From: an uncultured Acidobacteriota bacterium
GTDB lineage: Bacteria; Acidobacteriota; Vicinamibacteria; Vicinamibacterales; UBA8438
Reading direction: 5' to 3'
Assembly (NCBI GenBank): GCA_913043225.1
Contig: CAJWLU010000004.1
Coordinates: 153,228 to 217,227, forward strand
DNA: 64,000 bases
Position 1 is the stretch's first letter, and every line of letters begins with the position of its first letter. The notes under the pieces are model-generated. The model was not told the origin of the DNA. It searched no databases and worked only from the letters and a program-made list of their open reading frames with translations. Position numbers and translations under genes: made by a program. Shown here piece by piece: positions 41,098 to 52,374 of this stretch.

Positions 41098-42138
41098 CTA
41101 GCGAAGAATGAACTCCAACGCGATGGTAACGAGCACGGCCACCGGCTCGCCAAATCGCATTCCAGGCTGGAACCGCCACTGGCGAGCCGCCTTCAGTGCC
41201 TCTTCGTCCAGACCGAAGTTCCGGTCCAGCGAGCGCACGACACGCGCATCTCCCACCGTTCCGTCTGGCAGTACCACCGCCTCGATCCAGACCTCTCCCT
41301 GCACCTTGGCTCTCATCGCGTCGGTGGTGTACTGCGGCTTGACCTCACGCAGCGGCCGCGGCTCCGTAACTCCATTGCCCGGTTGGTAGACACCCCCCCC
41401 GCTACCGCCGCCAGAGCCCGGGCCCAAGCCATCGCCGTCGCCCGGCCCGATGCCCCCCCCGCTACCGGAACCGGCACCGCCGCCCACGCCGCTTCCAGCC
41501 GAGCTCAGTGCTCGAGCCATCAATCCCTTCATCACCCCAGACCGATTCTGGGTGGCCGCGGCCATCGGCATCGCCGACAACTGGACGGTCTGAGACTCGA
41601 GCGGAGCCGCCTCCGGCTCGGGCGCGATCTCCTCGGGCACTTCGACGACCTCTTCGGGCTCCTCGACCGGAACGTTGATCTCGGCCTCGCCCTCGATCTC
41701 AACCTCGCGCGGCATCTCGAGTGACTCATTGCCACCGCCGCCGCCACCGCCGCCCAGCCCCTCGGCCGGAATCCAGACGATGTCGTAGTTAGTCCGTTCA
41801 ATCGGCTCGGGAGTCGTCTCCGACACCGGCGCCGCGCGCACGAGCGCAAACGCCAGCACCACAGCCATGGCGTGGCTGACGAACGAGGCGCCCATCGCAC
41901 TCTGGATCCGCTCCCGCTGGACCGCCAACTGCGGGGCATACGTGGTCCCTCCCCCCGGCGAGATAGAGACCCATGCCCGGGCATCACCGCTTGCCTGCTT
42001 CCCTTGCACGGCGGTCCGTGCCCTGCCAGGCGACAATGCCCCCTTCTCACGCGCCTGGCGCCGGCGGCGCTCCGGCGGAGTGTAGGACTCGTGATTGGGC
42101 GGAAATGGGATACGTCCGAGGTTCAAGCCGTCGCTCAC
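41098..42138 (-). CDS. TonB-family energy transducer
   Basis: TM helix with SxxxH, Gly/Pro/Glu linker, PQYTTDAMRAKVQG, LDEEALKAARQWRFQP. Confidence 0.9.
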   Translation of the reverse strand: MSDGLNLGRIPFPPNHESYTPPERRRRQAREKGALSPGRARTAVQGKQASGDARAWVSISPGGGTTYAPQLAVQRERIQSAMGASFVSHAMAVVLAFALVRAAPVSETTPEPIERTNYDIVWIPAEGLGGGGGGGGNESLEMPREVEIEGEAEINVPVEEPEEVVEVPEEIAPEPEAAPLESQTVQLSAMPMAAATQNRSGVMKGLMARALSSAGSGVGGGAGSGSGGGIGPGDGDGLGPGSGGGSGGGVYQPGNGVTEPRPLREVKPQYTTDAMRAKVQGEVWIEAVVLPDGTVGDARVVRSLDRNFGLDEEALKAARQWRFQPGMRFGEPVAVLVTIALEFILR

Positions 42139-42364
42139 GCGAAGCGCTCCCTCCTGACTAGCCCGCCGAGGGCGTCCGGCGAATCGGTCACCGGTATCCT
42201 TGCAAATCTGATACCTCGCCGAGGCTGGGCCGACCGCTGCAATGCCATCAGACTCAACTCTATTCCTGACTACGACTTACCACCTGAAGCTGGCCCACAC
42301 GCGCTCGCCGTCGCCACTGGATAGCTCAAAACTGCCCGATTCCTTGGACGTTACGTCCGATGAT

Positions 42365-42835
42365 TTAGACGCGCCCCGTCCACGCACCAATCGCGGCATT
42401 CCCGCCGCCGGTGGCGAATAGTACCGTCAGCGCGTCGGCCGCCCTAGGCTCGCTGTGCACACTCACGAGCACACCACCCCGTGCAGTTAGGGTCTCGTAG
42501 ATATAGCCATCATGCGCCTGAAACCCGGCGCGGCGCATCGTCGCCGCGACGCCGTTACGGTCCAGATCTTTACCCAGGCCCTGCAGGGCACCCACCAGCG
42601 GACCATGCACGATCACATCACCGATGCCCTTGATATCTAACTTAGTTCCTTCGACGCCAAATGTGCGCCGCAGCAGCTCCTCAGCCTCCGGCGTGTTCCT
42701 GCTGATCATCGAGAACGAATCGGCCGAAAATCCCTCCGCCAGCAGGGCCTCAAGACCGCGGCTCGCCCATTCGACGTCCTGGAACACCCCTACCGTGAAA
42801 CACCGCCCGTCAGAATCGTCCATTCGCTCCACCAT
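42365..42835 (-). CDS. Hypothetical protein resembling general stress proteins
   Basis: VGVFQD...ALLAEGF and GGVLVSV pattern. Confidence 0.7.
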   Translation of the reverse strand: MVERMDDSDGRCFTVGVFQDVEWASRGLEALLAEGFSADSFSMISRNTPEAEELLRRTFGVEGTKLDIKGIGDVIVHGPLVGALQGLGKDLDRNGVAATMRRAGFQAHDGYIYETLTARGGVLVSVHSEPRAADALTVLFATGGGNAAIGAWTGRV

Positions 42836-42930
42836 CCGCTACCGACGTCTCCTTGCTTACCCGCCCAGCGTCTTGCTTGAGCCTTCACCCATAGTGTACT
42901 GGCGCGCGTCGCCCAGACAAAGCAGCACGA

Positions 42931-44874
42931 TCACAGTAGCACCCGACGCTGCCCCATCCTTCGGGTCACCCGCTCCCGGTCGAGGTATTCGAGCAGCGGG
43001 ATCGCGAATTTCCTGGTAATCCCGTAGCGCTCCTTGAACGTAGCCACGTCAATCGCCACCGGCGCCTCGCTGGAACGTAGCTGCTGCAGATCTGATCGCA
43101 GGGTGGCGAGCGCGGCGGCATCAAAGACCAAGGCTCCCACGCGAACGACCTTGCTCTGACGGACAAGTAGACTCAGAATTCGGTCCAGTACAGTTGGGTC
43201 TGCCCCTATCTCACCACCCAGCGTCGCGACGGCCGGAGGCCGCAGTTCCGCTCCAGCCAGCACCGCCTGGATCCGATCGGCCACCCGCTCTTCTTCCGGA
43301 CTCAGCCGCGCCTCATGCGCCGTCAGCGCCAGGTACTCGGTGGACCGCAAAGTTCCAGCGGCCACCAGCCCGTCGACGACCACTTCGAATACCGCTGGCG
43401 GCGCGAACTTAAACAGACGCTCTCTCGCTTCCTCCCGAGGCAGCCCCTCGCTCAGCGGATTCTCTGTGTGCACTTCGCCCACCAGATCGCACAACCGCTC
43501 GCCGACGTCGGTCAGCGTGTCTTCGCGTACGAGCAGAGTGCCCACACGACGAACGTTTCCGGTCGACACGAGACGCTCGGAGAAGGTGGCTGCATCTTCG
43601 GGAGCCACCCCGAGCCGGGTGACAAGTCTCGCAACCGGCAGCCCCGAAATCCCAGCCTCGGCCACCAGGGCGCGCGCTGCGCGGTCGTCATTCGTCACAG
43701 GAGTGGTGGGATCGCTCGCCAGAGGTTCGAGCCTAGCGCGAGCGGCGGCGGTCCGAATACCGACACTCGGGGGGTGCGGGTCGAGGACCCGCCCGCCCGC
43801 AATGGTCAGCGGGGGAGAGTATGCGCGCAGGATGAACCGGTCGCCGCGCGTAAGCACCGCATGATGCTCGAGGCGCAGACGTCCGAAGGCCCGTCCCCCC
43901 GGCGGCAGCTCACCCAGGGCCTCACTCACACTGGCGAGCTCGTCCAGTCCCGGGCCGAGTGCCACCCGCCCCAGAATCTCAGCCGTCCCCTGATGGAATC
44001 GCACGCGAGCACCGTGACGGAGCCGGCGCGCCGAGCCAAGGAGCTCGACGACGGCGTCTAATCGCGCCGTTTCCTCAAACGCGTCGGCGGTCACCAACGT
44101 GTCACCCCGCCTGATCTCACTGACGTCCACGCCTGTTAGATTCACCGCGACCCGCTGGCCCGCCACGGCGGTGGAATTGCTGGAACCGTGCACCTGCAGC
44201 CCTCGAACCTTCACCGCCCGTGGCCTCGGGAGGATGGCGCAGGCATCGTCAACCGACAGCTGTCCAGAGACCAGCGTTCCGGTCACCACGGTCCCGAACC
44301 CCTTGACGCTGAAGGCGCGGTCGATCGGCAGGCGCACTGCGCCGCCGCTCCGGCGTGAGGCCGCGGCATCGGTGACTTCAGAGAGCGCCTGGCGCACCTC
44401 CTCGAGCCCGCTCCCGGAGCGAGCGGACACCGGAACCACCGGCGCGTTCTCAAGGAACGACCCGGCCACCAACTCGGCGGTCTCGAGCTTGACGAGCTCA
44501 ACCGTGTCATCGTCGACCAGGTCGGTCTTCGTCAGAGCCACGACGCCCACCGAAACCCCGAGGAGACGACAGATATCGAAGTGTTCGCGAGTCTGCGGCA
44601 TGACCGATTCGTCAGCCGCGATGACGAGGAGCACGGCGTCAACGCCGCTCGCGCCCGCCAGCATGTTCTTGACGAACCGCTCATGACCGGGCACGTCGAC
44701 GAATGCCATCGTGGCATCGTCGGTCTTCAGATGTGCGAAACCCAAATCGATCGTGATGCCGCGGTCCCGCTCTTCCTTTAGCCGGTCCGGATCGGTGCCG
44801 GTGAGCGCCCGCACGAGTGCGCTCTTTCCATGATCAATGTGCCCCGCAGTGCCGATCACCACATGACGCGCCAC
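42931..44874 (-). CDS. selB: Selenocysteine-specific elongation factor
   Basis: [48 protein letters not shown]. Confidence 0.96.
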   Translation of the reverse strand: MARHVVIGTAGHIDHGKSALVRALTGTDPDRLKEERDRGITIDLGFAHLKTDDATMAFVDVPGHERFVKNMLAGASGVDAVLLVIAADESVMPQTREHFDICRLLGVSVGVVALTKTDLVDDDTVELVKLETAELVAGSFLENAPVVPVSARSGSGLEEVRQALSEVTDAAASRRSGGAVRLPIDRAFSVKGFGTVVTGTLVSGQLSVDDACAILPRPRAVKVRGLQVHGSSNSTAVAGQRVAVNLTGVDVSEIRRGDTLVTADAFEETARLDAVVELLGSARRLRHGARVRFHQGTAEILGRVALGPGLDELASVSEALGELPPGGRAFGRLRLEHHAVLTRGDRFILRAYSPPLTIAGGRVLDPHPPSVGIRTAAARARLEPLASDPTTPVTNDDRAARALVAEAGISGLPVARLVTRLGVAPEDAATFSERLVSTGNVRRVGTLLVREDTLTDVGERLCDLVGEVHTENPLSEGLPREEARERLFKFAPPAVFEVVVDGLVAAGTLRSTEYLALTAHEARLSPEEERVADRIQAVLAGAELRPPAVATLGGEIGADPTVLDRILSLLVRQSKVVRVGALVFDAAALATLRSDLQQLRSSEAPVAIDVATFKERYGITRKFAIPLLEYLDRERVTRRMGQRRVLL

Positions 44875-44887
44875 ATTCGACTCCCGT

Positions 44888-47131
44888 TCAGCGTTGCCCC
44901 CGGCGTCGAGGCTGTCCGTCTCGTCGGGGCATTCGCGCGCGGCGGGTACGCGGCCGCGACGTGGACGGCGCAGCATCCGCCTCGAGAATCTCGGTCAGCC
45001 CGAGGTCTATGCGGCGACGGACTGTATCCACCTGGACGACCCGCACCTGCACCTCATCCCCAACCATGTAGCGCTTACCCGTCGACTCACCCATAAGCGC
45101 AAGCTGCGCCTCATCGAATCGATAATAGTCGTCCGCCATGCTCGAGATGTGCACGAGCCCCTCGACGATCGGTTCAAAGAGCTCCACGAATAGACCGAAT
45201 CCGGTGGTGGCAATGACATAGCCGGAAAAGGTCTCGCCCACCCGGTCAACCATGAAACGGACCTTCTTCCAGTGCACGAGCTCCCGTTCCGCCTCCTCAG
45301 CCTTCCGCTCCATCTCGGAGGTATGTCGGCCGACCTCGGGCAATATGTCGGCCAGAACTTCGACCCGCTCTGGACCGGGCGCGCCTCGCCGCACTTCACG
45401 GAGGAGTCGATGGACTACCAGATCGGGATAGCGGCGAATGGGCGAGGTGAAGTGGGTGTAGGCCTTCGAGGCCAGCCCGAAGTGCCCACTGTTGATGGTT
45501 TCGTATCGTGCCTTCTGCATCGTGCGGAGCATCAACAATGCAACCGCGCGTTCGGCCTTGGTCCCCCGTAGTGCGCGTACGAGCTGCTGAAAGTGACGTG
45601 GGCGAACGCGGTCGGCTGGCGCCGCGAGCCCATGCCCGAGGCTGCTCACGAACGCCTCGAACTCGCGCACCTTCGCCGGATCCGGTGCGTCGTGCACGCG
45701 ATACAGCGCGGTAACGCCAGACGCTTCGAGAGTCCGGGCGACCGTTTCGTTGGCCGCCAGCATGCAGGCTTCGACAATCCGGTGCGCAACGTTCCGATCC
45801 GCCGCGACGATGTCCTGCACCATGCCGGCGTCATCGAGCACCAAGCGGGTCGCTTTCAGATCAAACTCGATCGAGCCTCGTCTGGTCCGATTCGCCTGCA
45901 GACGCCGCCCTACCACATGAAGCATCTCGAGGAGTGGCACGACCCTCTTGTACCGACGGCGCGTGGAATCATCGCGCGCCGTCAACATCGCGTCCACCTT
46001 GGCATAGGTCAGTCGGTGGTCCGAGTGAATCACCGTGTCATGCATCTCGGAGCGCACGATCCGTCCCCGCACGTCGACCTCCATGAAGCAGGAGTGCGCG
46101 AGTCGATCCACACCGGGGTTCAGGCTACAGAGCCCCGTGGCCAACGACGCCGGAAACATGTGAAGCGCTCGCTCCGGGAAGTACACCGACGTGGCGCGTC
46201 GATAGGCCGCGGTGTCGAGCGCACTGCCAGGACGAACATAGTGGCTCACATCAGCGATGTGCACGCCCAGCCAGTGATGGCCATTCTCTAGCCGTTCGAC
46301 CGTGAGCGCGTCGTCGAAGTCCCGCGCCGCCTCACCGTCGATGGTAACCGTCAATGTCTGCCGAAGGTCGACTCGCCCCCGCCGGTCACGGGGCCGCAGG
46401 CGGCCTCCCAGGCGTGCGGCCTCCTCGACCGCGCCCTGGTCATCCTCGTCCTCCAGGTCGTACTTCCTGATGACGAGCTGCGTATCGACACCAGGATCGT
46501 CCAACCGCCCGAGCACCTCGACGACGCGCCCGACCGGATTCCGAGTCGGAGTTGGCCACCGTTCGATCCGGACAACAACAATGTCGCCAGACTGCGCGCC
46601 GCCGTCGGCACCAGCCGGCACCTGCAGGTCCATCGTCACCCTCGGGTCGAACGCCACTACATAGCCTAGGCCACCGCCATCGGTCTCGTAGCGCCCGGGT
46701 AGGCTCTCGGCCGCCCGCTCCAACACGCGGATGATCCGGCCTTCTTGCCGACTCGCTACGCGCTCGACCCGCACCGTGACACGGTCGCCGTGCATGGCGC
46801 CGCCTAGGTTGCCTCCTGAGACATACACGTCCTGGGTTGACCGCTCTGATGGCTCCGGCGTGACGAAGCCGAATCCCCTGGGGTTGGCCACTAGGCGTCC
46901 GACAATCAGATGCATCCGATCGGCGAGGCCATAGCGATTGCCTCGAACCTGGACGAGCTCGCCCGCCTTAACCAACTGCGTGAGTCGCCGCAGGAGCGTT
47001 GTCCGCTCCCCGCGCGGCAGCCTCAGTGCCTGCATCAGCTCCCGCACGGTCGCAGGATGCGAAACTCGCTCCCGAATACGCGAGAGCAACTGCTTCACAC
47101 TCAGCGCATCGGCGCCGTCCTTACTCATCAT
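44888..47131 (-). CDS. rnr: Ribonuclease R
   Basis: TIDGEAARDFDDA, HIADVSHYV, HFTSPIRRYPDL, S1 domain. Confidence 0.96.
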   Translation of the reverse strand: MMSKDGADALSVKQLLSRIRERVSHPATVRELMQALRLPRGERTTLLRRLTQLVKAGELVQVRGNRYGLADRMHLIVGRLVANPRGFGFVTPEPSERSTQDVYVSGGNLGGAMHGDRVTVRVERVASRQEGRIIRVLERAAESLPGRYETDGGGLGYVVAFDPRVTMDLQVPAGADGGAQSGDIVVVRIERWPTPTRNPVGRVVEVLGRLDDPGVDTQLVIRKYDLEDEDDQGAVEEAARLGGRLRPRDRRGRVDLRQTLTVTIDGEAARDFDDALTVERLENGHHWLGVHIADVSHYVRPGSALDTAAYRRATSVYFPERALHMFPASLATGLCSLNPGVDRLAHSCFMEVDVRGRIVRSEMHDTVIHSDHRLTYAKVDAMLTARDDSTRRRYKRVVPLLEMLHVVGRRLQANRTRRGSIEFDLKATRLVLDDAGMVQDIVAADRNVAHRIVEACMLAANETVARTLEASGVTALYRVHDAPDPAKVREFEAFVSSLGHGLAAPADRVRPRHFQQLVRALRGTKAERAVALLMLRTMQKARYETINSGHFGLASKAYTHFTSPIRRYPDLVVHRLLREVRRGAPGPERVEVLADILPEVGRHTSEMERKAEEAERELVHWKKVRFMVDRVGETFSGYVIATTGFGLFVELFEPIVEGLVHISSMADDYYRFDEAQLALMGESTGKRYMVGDEVQVRVVQVDTVRRRIDLGLTEILEADAAPSTSRPRTRRARMPRRDGQPRRRGQR

Positions 47132-48473
47132 CTACACCGCTGCTCAGTAACACCTGCAGGTCACCCACGTTCGTGCCGGACGGTCCCGTCCGCACCAGAT
47201 CTCCAAGCCCATCGAAAAAGGTATAGGCGTCGTTGTCGGCCAAGGATCGTTCCACGTCGAGGCCCTGGGCGCTCGCGCGCGCTGCCGACGCGGTATCAAC
47301 AAGGGCACCTGCAGCGTCGGTTGGCCCGTCGACCCCGTCGGTTCCCACACTGGCCAGCACGGCCAAGCCACCCCAGTCGGCCATCGCGGGCACCGCAGCC
47401 AGCGCCAATTCCTGATTGCGTCCACCGCGCCCCTGACCGACTACCTCGACGGTCGTTTCCCCCGAGGAGACAACGCAGACTGGACTTACACGTCGCCCGG
47501 CAATCCGGCGAGCCATGGTCGGATGCCGACGACCTACCTCCCACGCCACGCCGGTCACCGCCTCTTTGACCGTCACGACCTGATAACCGAGGCGCTCGGC
47601 CGCGTCGGCCGCACCTCGCATCGCGTCGGCCCGGCCTCCGACAACCCGATAAAGGTCGGCTTCACGGGACCACTCTTCACCTGCCCCCTCTTTGGACGCG
47701 CCTCGGGTCAGCGCTCGCATCACCGACGGCGGCATCTGTTCCGCCAAAGGCGCCACCACCCGGAGGGCATCCGCCGCGGTCGTCCGATCGACCGCCGTCG
47801 GTCCCGACCCGATCACGGACGGATCGTCCTCGACGGGACCAACCACGTCGGAAATCGCCAGAGTTAGCACCGGTCCCACCGATGCGGCCGCCAATCGACC
47901 GCCCTTGACGAGTGACAGTTTCTTTCGGACGCAGTTGAGCTCATGAATCGGGACGCCCGCCGTAAGGAGTGCGTCGGTGGCCTGGATCTTCTCCTCCAGC
48001 GTCACCCCGGCAAGGGGAGCTGAAAGCAACGCTGAGGCGCCTCCTGACAGCAGGACGACTAGCGCTTCATCCTGGGTAACGGAACGCGCGCACGCCAACG
48101 CCGCCTCCCCTGCCGCTTGACTTCCATCGTCGGGCACCGGGTGCCCTCCCGTGATCCAATGAACTGGACCAAACGCGGCCACGGCTTCAGTCGTTGGTCC
48201 GACCGCCACCCCCTCGACGATATCCCCCGACACACAGCTCCTGAAGGCACGCAGCATGCCGACGGAGGCCTTGCCTGCGGCGATCACACGCAGACGGCGT
48301 CCCTCCAAAAAGTTAGCGATACGGGTAGTGTCGAGGGCACGGCGCACCAGCACCTCTGGTGACACTGCGACCAGCGCGGCGTGAACAATCTCGAGGCTAT
48401 GCTGGCGAAGAACGGTGAGCGAGGAAGGTGACAGGGACAGAAGAATCAGTGGATCCGGGTCGGATCCGCCCAC
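47121..48473 (-). CDS. Glycerate 2-kinase (DUF4147/MOFRL family); start uncertain
   Basis: AAGKAS, GGHPVPD, SGGASAL, GGRNQE, GTDGVDG, TNVGDL. Confidence 0.92.
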   Translation of the reverse strand: MGGSDPDPLILLSLSPSSLTVLRQHSLEIVHAALVAVSPEVLVRRALDTTRIANFLEGRRLRVIAAGKASVGMLRAFRSCVSGDIVEGVAVGPTTEAVAAFGPVHWITGGHPVPDDGSQAAGEAALACARSVTQDEALVVLLSGGASALLSAPLAGVTLEEKIQATDALLTAGVPIHELNCVRKKLSLVKGGRLAAASVGPVLTLAISDVVGPVEDDPSVIGSGPTAVDRTTAADALRVVAPLAEQMPPSVMRALTRGASKEGAGEEWSREADLYRVVGGRADAMRGAADAAERLGYQVVTVKEAVTGVAWEVGRRHPTMARRIAGRRVSPVCVVSSGETTVEVVGQGRGGRNQELALAAVPAMADWGGLAVLASVGTDGVDGPTDAAGALVDTASAARASAQGLDVERSLADNDAYTFFDGLGDLVRTGPSGTNVGDLQVLLSSGVDDE

Positions 48474-48766
48474 GCAGAAAGCTTGGTGACACCGTCGAAA
48501 CTCTGCAGCAACTGACTCACCACAAGGTCGACGTCGACGTTCCCTTGGGCGCAGAGTTCGTCAATCCGCGCCATAACGCGTCTGAGCGCAGCCTCCATCT
48601 CGGAGATGGTGCACTCGGAGTACGCCTCGCGCTGCCGAAGCAAGCACTCTCGGTGTTTGACGAACTCTTCCCGGTAGAACTCCGTGCGAACGGTGTCGAA
48701 ACCAGCAGACGAGGCCGAGCGTGAGTCGACCAGCAAGCGGGTAAGCGAACGATGTGATTGCGACAT
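48446..48766 (-). CDS. Hypothetical helical protein
   Basis: Coding-like ORF with its own promoter upstream. Confidence 0.75.
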   Translation of the reverse strand: MSQSHRSLTRLLVDSRSASSAGFDTVRTEFYREEFVKHRECLLRQREAYSECTISEMEAALRRVMARIDELCAQGNVDVDLVVSQLLQSFDGVTKLSAWADPTRIH

Positions 48767-48781
48767 GGAATACGAGTATGC

Positions 48782-48811
48782 AGTCTATGCGGGTCGTTTC
48801 GTGACTGTCAA
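48782..48811 (-). promoter_or_regulatory. Sigma70 promoter
   Basis: TTGACA-18 nt-TAGACT on the minus strand. Confidence 0.65.
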
Positions 48812-48829
48812 CGGCGGTCGCCATCAACG

Positions 48830-49204
48830 ACCATCCCGCCAAGAACCAGACACGACAGCCGACGCTGGATGGTGGGGTCCGCGCCCATGACGCGCGGCAC
48901 AAACGCCGTGTTCTAGAAAACGGTCGTGCGCTCGATCAACTTGGAGTCTTGGAAAACGAACCTCAGGTGTCTATGGTCGGCCTGGGTCTCAATCGCGCCC
49001 ATCAGCGACAAATCCTCACCGTCCACGAGCAGGCGCCCGCCCGTGGTCCCCAGTGGACCAATCCTGAGACAGAAGCAGAAGCATTAATGCCGCCTTCCGT
49101 CCCGCTGAGACCGATCAGGAACACGAACTCACCCTTGTCGATGAAGAGAGAAAGGCCACGCAGTGCGGGGCCGGCAGGCCTCGAGAGTTTCTCAGCGCGA
49201 TCAT
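48830..49204 (-). pseudogene. ftsE: Cell-division ABC ATPase relic (N-terminal part)
   Basis: Fragments ALRGLSLFIDKGEFVFLIGLSG and GRLLVDGEDLS...FVFQDSKLIERTTVF*NTAFVPRVMG in different frames; TAG at 48915-48913. Confidence 0.78.
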
Positions 49205-49305
49205 TGACTACGCCGAAAGTCTGGGCGGTCGACTCGTGCTGCGGTTGTTCGGGAATAGCACCGCTACCGGGGAGGCTCAGACCACCTCGCACCGCATCTC
49301 AGGCG

Positions 49306-50775
49306 TTATGTCACGCCAGGAGCGCGCAACTGCTGCCGGAGCAGTTCGCCAGCCAGCTTGGGGTTAGCCCGACCCCGTGACGCCTTCATTACCCGGCCGA
49401 CGAGGAATCCTAGGGTGCCCTCGTGACCGCCCCGAACGCGTGCGGCCGCGTCGGGCTGCTCGCTGATGACCCGTGTCACCAGCGCCTCCAGTTCGTTCCG
49501 ATCGCCGATCTGGACCAGGTTCTCGCGCTCGACGATCTCTTCGGCTTCTAGACCAGACCCGTACATCTTCTCGAACACCGTCTTGCCGGTACTGCTGCTT
49601 ATAACCCCACTGTCGACCAGACCCACCAACCGGCCAAGCGCGTCCGCCGTCACTCCAACCTGGTCGATACCGACCCCGTCGGTCTTCAGGTGTCGGGTCA
49701 CTTCCCCCATCACCCAGTGAGCGGCCGTCTTGGCGTTCCCAGCTGTCCTCGCGGTATCCTCGAAGAACTGCGCGAGGTCCGCCTGCTCGGCCAACTGACC
49801 AGCTTCGGTGGCCGAGAGACCAAGCTCGCGGAGATAGCGTTGCTTTCGAGTCTCCGGCAACTCCGGAAGTGACGCCCGCACCTCGGAAATCCACTCGTCC
49901 GATACCTCGATCGGAGGCAGATCTGGCTCCGGAAAGTACCGATAGTCGTGCGCCTCCTCCTTACTCCGCATCGACTCAGTCCGCCCGCGGGCCTCGTTCC
50001 ACAACCGGGTCTCCTGGACAACCTCTTCCCCCATCTCGAGGCAATCGGCCTGTCGAATGATCTCGTGCTCAAGGGCTCGTTGGAGAAACCGGAACGAGTT
50101 TAGATTCTTCACCTCCACCTTGACTCCGAGCGCGGTCTCTCCCCGAGGGCGGAGCGAGACGTTGGCGTCGCACCGGAGGCTCCCCTCCTCCATGTTCCCG
50201 TCATTGACTCCGATGGCCATCAGCACTGCACGCAGGCGGGCGAAAAAATCGCCGGCGGTCGCTGGCGCGCGGAGATCCGGCTCGGTGACGATCTCGATCA
50301 ACGGCACCCCGCTCCGGTTGTAGTCCAGCGTGGTGTGTCGACTCTGCGTCTCCCCAGCATGTAGCGACTTACCGGCATCTTCCTCGAGGTGAACCCGCGT
50401 GATCCGTACCGTGCGCTGACCCTCCTCGGTCTCGTAGCTCAGCATGCCATCGGACGCCAGCGGCTGCTCATACTGCGAAATCTGATAGCCCTTCGGTAGA
50501 TCCGGATAGAAGTAATTCTTCCGAGCGAAAATGGAGCACCGCTGGACCGTGCAGCCAAGAGCCAGTCCCGCCCGTATTGCGAGTTCGACGACCCGCCGGT
50601 TCAGTACCGGGAGCGCGCCGGGCAACCCGAGGCAAACCGGGCACACGTGGCTATTCGGTGCTGCTCCGAAACTCGTCCGGCAGCTGCAGAAAATCTTCGA
50701 CTCGGTGAGCAGGTGGGCGTGGATCTCGAGACCGATGACCGGCTCGAACCGGGAAGCCTCGGAGTCGGGCATCAT
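49306..50775 (-). CDS. gatB: Asp/Glu-tRNA amidotransferase subunit B
   Basis: IGLEIH, YFYPDLPKGYQISQ, HLEEDAGK, DYRYFPEPDL. Confidence 0.98.
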   Translation of the reverse strand: MMPDSEASRFEPVIGLEIHAHLLTESKIFCSCRTSFGAAPNSHVCPVCLGLPGALPVLNRRVVELAIRAGLALGCTVQRCSIFARKNYFYPDLPKGYQISQYEQPLASDGMLSYETEEGQRTVRITRVHLEEDAGKSLHAGETQSRHTTLDYNRSGVPLIEIVTEPDLRAPATAGDFFARLRAVLMAIGVNDGNMEEGSLRCDANVSLRPRGETALGVKVEVKNLNSFRFLQRALEHEIIRQADCLEMGEEVVQETRLWNEARGRTESMRSKEEAHDYRYFPEPDLPPIEVSDEWISEVRASLPELPETRKQRYLRELGLSATEAGQLAEQADLAQFFEDTARTAGNAKTAAHWVMGEVTRHLKTDGVGIDQVGVTADALGRLVGLVDSGVISSSTGKTVFEKMYGSGLEAEEIVERENLVQIGDRNELEALVTRVISEQPDAAARVRGGHEGTLGFLVGRVMKASRGRANPKLAGELLRQQLRAPGVT

Positions 50776-50787
50776 CGCGCGAAGGCG

Positions 50788-52374
50788 CTACCGAGGACCG
50801 GCCGCCGCCACCGCGGGCGACGCCTCGAAGGACGCGAAGTTCTCGGTAAACATCGCCCCGAGCTTGCGCGCCTGCGCATCGTAGTCGGCCGGGTTAGTCC
50901 ACGTGCCGCGAGGCTGCAACACCTCTGCGGGCACACCAGGACACGCCAGGGGCACGTCGACGTTGAAGACCGGATCGGTTTCGAACGGCCCATCATCGAG
51001 TGCACCCGACAATGCCGCAGCGATGAGCGCGCGGGTGTGGGCAATCGGCATCCTGTGCCCGACTCCGAACGAGCCACCCGTCCACCCGGTGTTCACCAGC
51101 CACGCGTTGGCGCCATGCGCCGCCAGCCGCTCTCCGAGCAACGACGCATACGTGGTGGGAGGCCATACCATGAAGGGCGCCCCGAAACAGGTGCTGAAGG
51201 TTGCGGTCGGCTCAGTCACGCCACGCTCGGTGCCAGCCACCTTGGCGGTGTAGCCGGACAGGAAGTGATACATCGCCGCCTCGGGACTGAGCCTCGCAAT
51301 CGGCGGAAGCACGCCGAAGGCGTCCGCCGTCAGCATCACCACGTTCTTGGGATGTCCCGCCTGGCCTGATTCGACGAACGAATCGATGGCCGACAGCGGG
51401 TATGCGCCACGCGTGTTCTCGGTGATCGAGTCATCGTCGAAGTCGAGTTCGCGGGTGACCGGGTCAATCGAGACATTCTCCAGCAAGGTCCCGAACCGCC
51501 GCGTCGTGGCGTAGATCTGCGGCTCCGCCTGGGGCGAGAGGCGGATCATCTTTGCGTAGCATCCACCCTCGAAGTTAAAGACGCCGCGGTCACTCCACCC
51601 GTGCTCGTCGTCTCCAATGAGCCGCCGCTCAGGGTCGCTCGACAGCGTCGTCTTGCCAGTTCCGGACAAGCCGAAGAACAGTGCCACGTCACCAGTCGCA
51701 CCCACGTTAGCCGAACAGTGCATGGGCATGACCCGGCGCAACGGCAGTAGGTAGTTCATCACGGTGAAGACCGACTTCTTGATCTCGCCGGCGTAGGCGG
51801 TGCCTCCAATGAGGACCAGTCCCTTCGCAAAGTCAAGCAGGATGAACACGTCCGAGTTGGTGCCATGTTGCTCGGGGATCGCCCGGCAGCCGGCCGCATC
51901 AACCACCGTGAGTTCCGGCTGATGAACGGCGAGCCGCTCCCGGTCCGATTCAGTGATGAACATATGCCGGGCAAACAGGCTGTGCCAGGCCCGCTCGGTG
52001 ACCACTCTGACTGGAAGCCGGTACTCCGGGTCCGCGCCGGCGTAGCAATCCTGAACGAACAGATCCTTCCCTTGGAGATGTGCAGCGACCGCGCGCTGAA
52101 CCGCCTCGAACTGCGCCGACTCGATCGGGCGGTTGATCGCGCCCCAGGCGACGTGAGCGGCGCTCGACGGCTCGTGCACCAGGAACCGATCCTTAGGCGA
52201 GCGACCCGTATGCTGACCGGTACGGCAGACCAGTGGGCCGTCGGCCGCGATCGTTCCCTCTCGGCGAGAGACGGCTTCTTCAAAGAGGGCGGCTGTCGAG
52301 AGGTTCCAGTAGACCGTACCTGGGTCGACGATGCCGATGGAGTCAAGTCGTTGATCTGTCGTCACGCTAGTCAT
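50788..52374 (-). CDS. pckA: PEP carboxykinase (ATP)
   Basis: TGRSPKD, YAGEIKK, FFGLSGTGKTTLS, IGDDEHGW. Confidence 0.98.
   Translation of the reverse strand: MTSVTTDQRLDSIGIVDPGTVYWNLSTAALFEEAVSRREGTIAADGPLVCRTGQHTGRSPKDRFLVHEPSSAAHVAWGAINRPIESAQFEAVQRAVAAHLQGKDLFVQDCYAGADPEYRLPVRVVTERAWHSLFARHMFITESDRERLAVHQPELTVVDAAGCRAIPEQHGTNSDVFILLDFAKGLVLIGGTAYAGEIKKSVFTVMNYLLPLRRVMPMHCSANVGATGDVALFFGLSGTGKTTLSSDPERRLIGDDEHGWSDRGVFNFEGGCYAKMIRLSPQAEPQIYATTRRFGTLLENVSIDPVTRELDFDDDSITENTRGAYPLSAIDSFVESGQAGHPKNVVMLTADAFGVLPPIARLSPEAAMYHFLSGYTAKVAGTERGVTEPTATFSTCFGAPFMVWPPTTYASLLGERLAAHGANAWLVNTGWTGGSFGVGHRMPIAHTRALIAAALSGALDDGPFETDPVFNVDVPLACPGVPAEVLQPRGTWTNPADYDAQARKLGAMFTENFASFEASPAVAAAGPR

Noticed and set aside
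42931..44874. Selenoproteins or tRNA-Sec near selB; recoding as an explanation for the pseudogene stops
   Set aside because: No tRNA-Sec or in-frame TGA at a catalytic site was seen; the thpR and ftsE stops are TAA/TAG and come with other lesions
49306..50775. gatB without gatA/gatC
   Set aside because: Dispersed gat genes are common, so this is uninformative from one window
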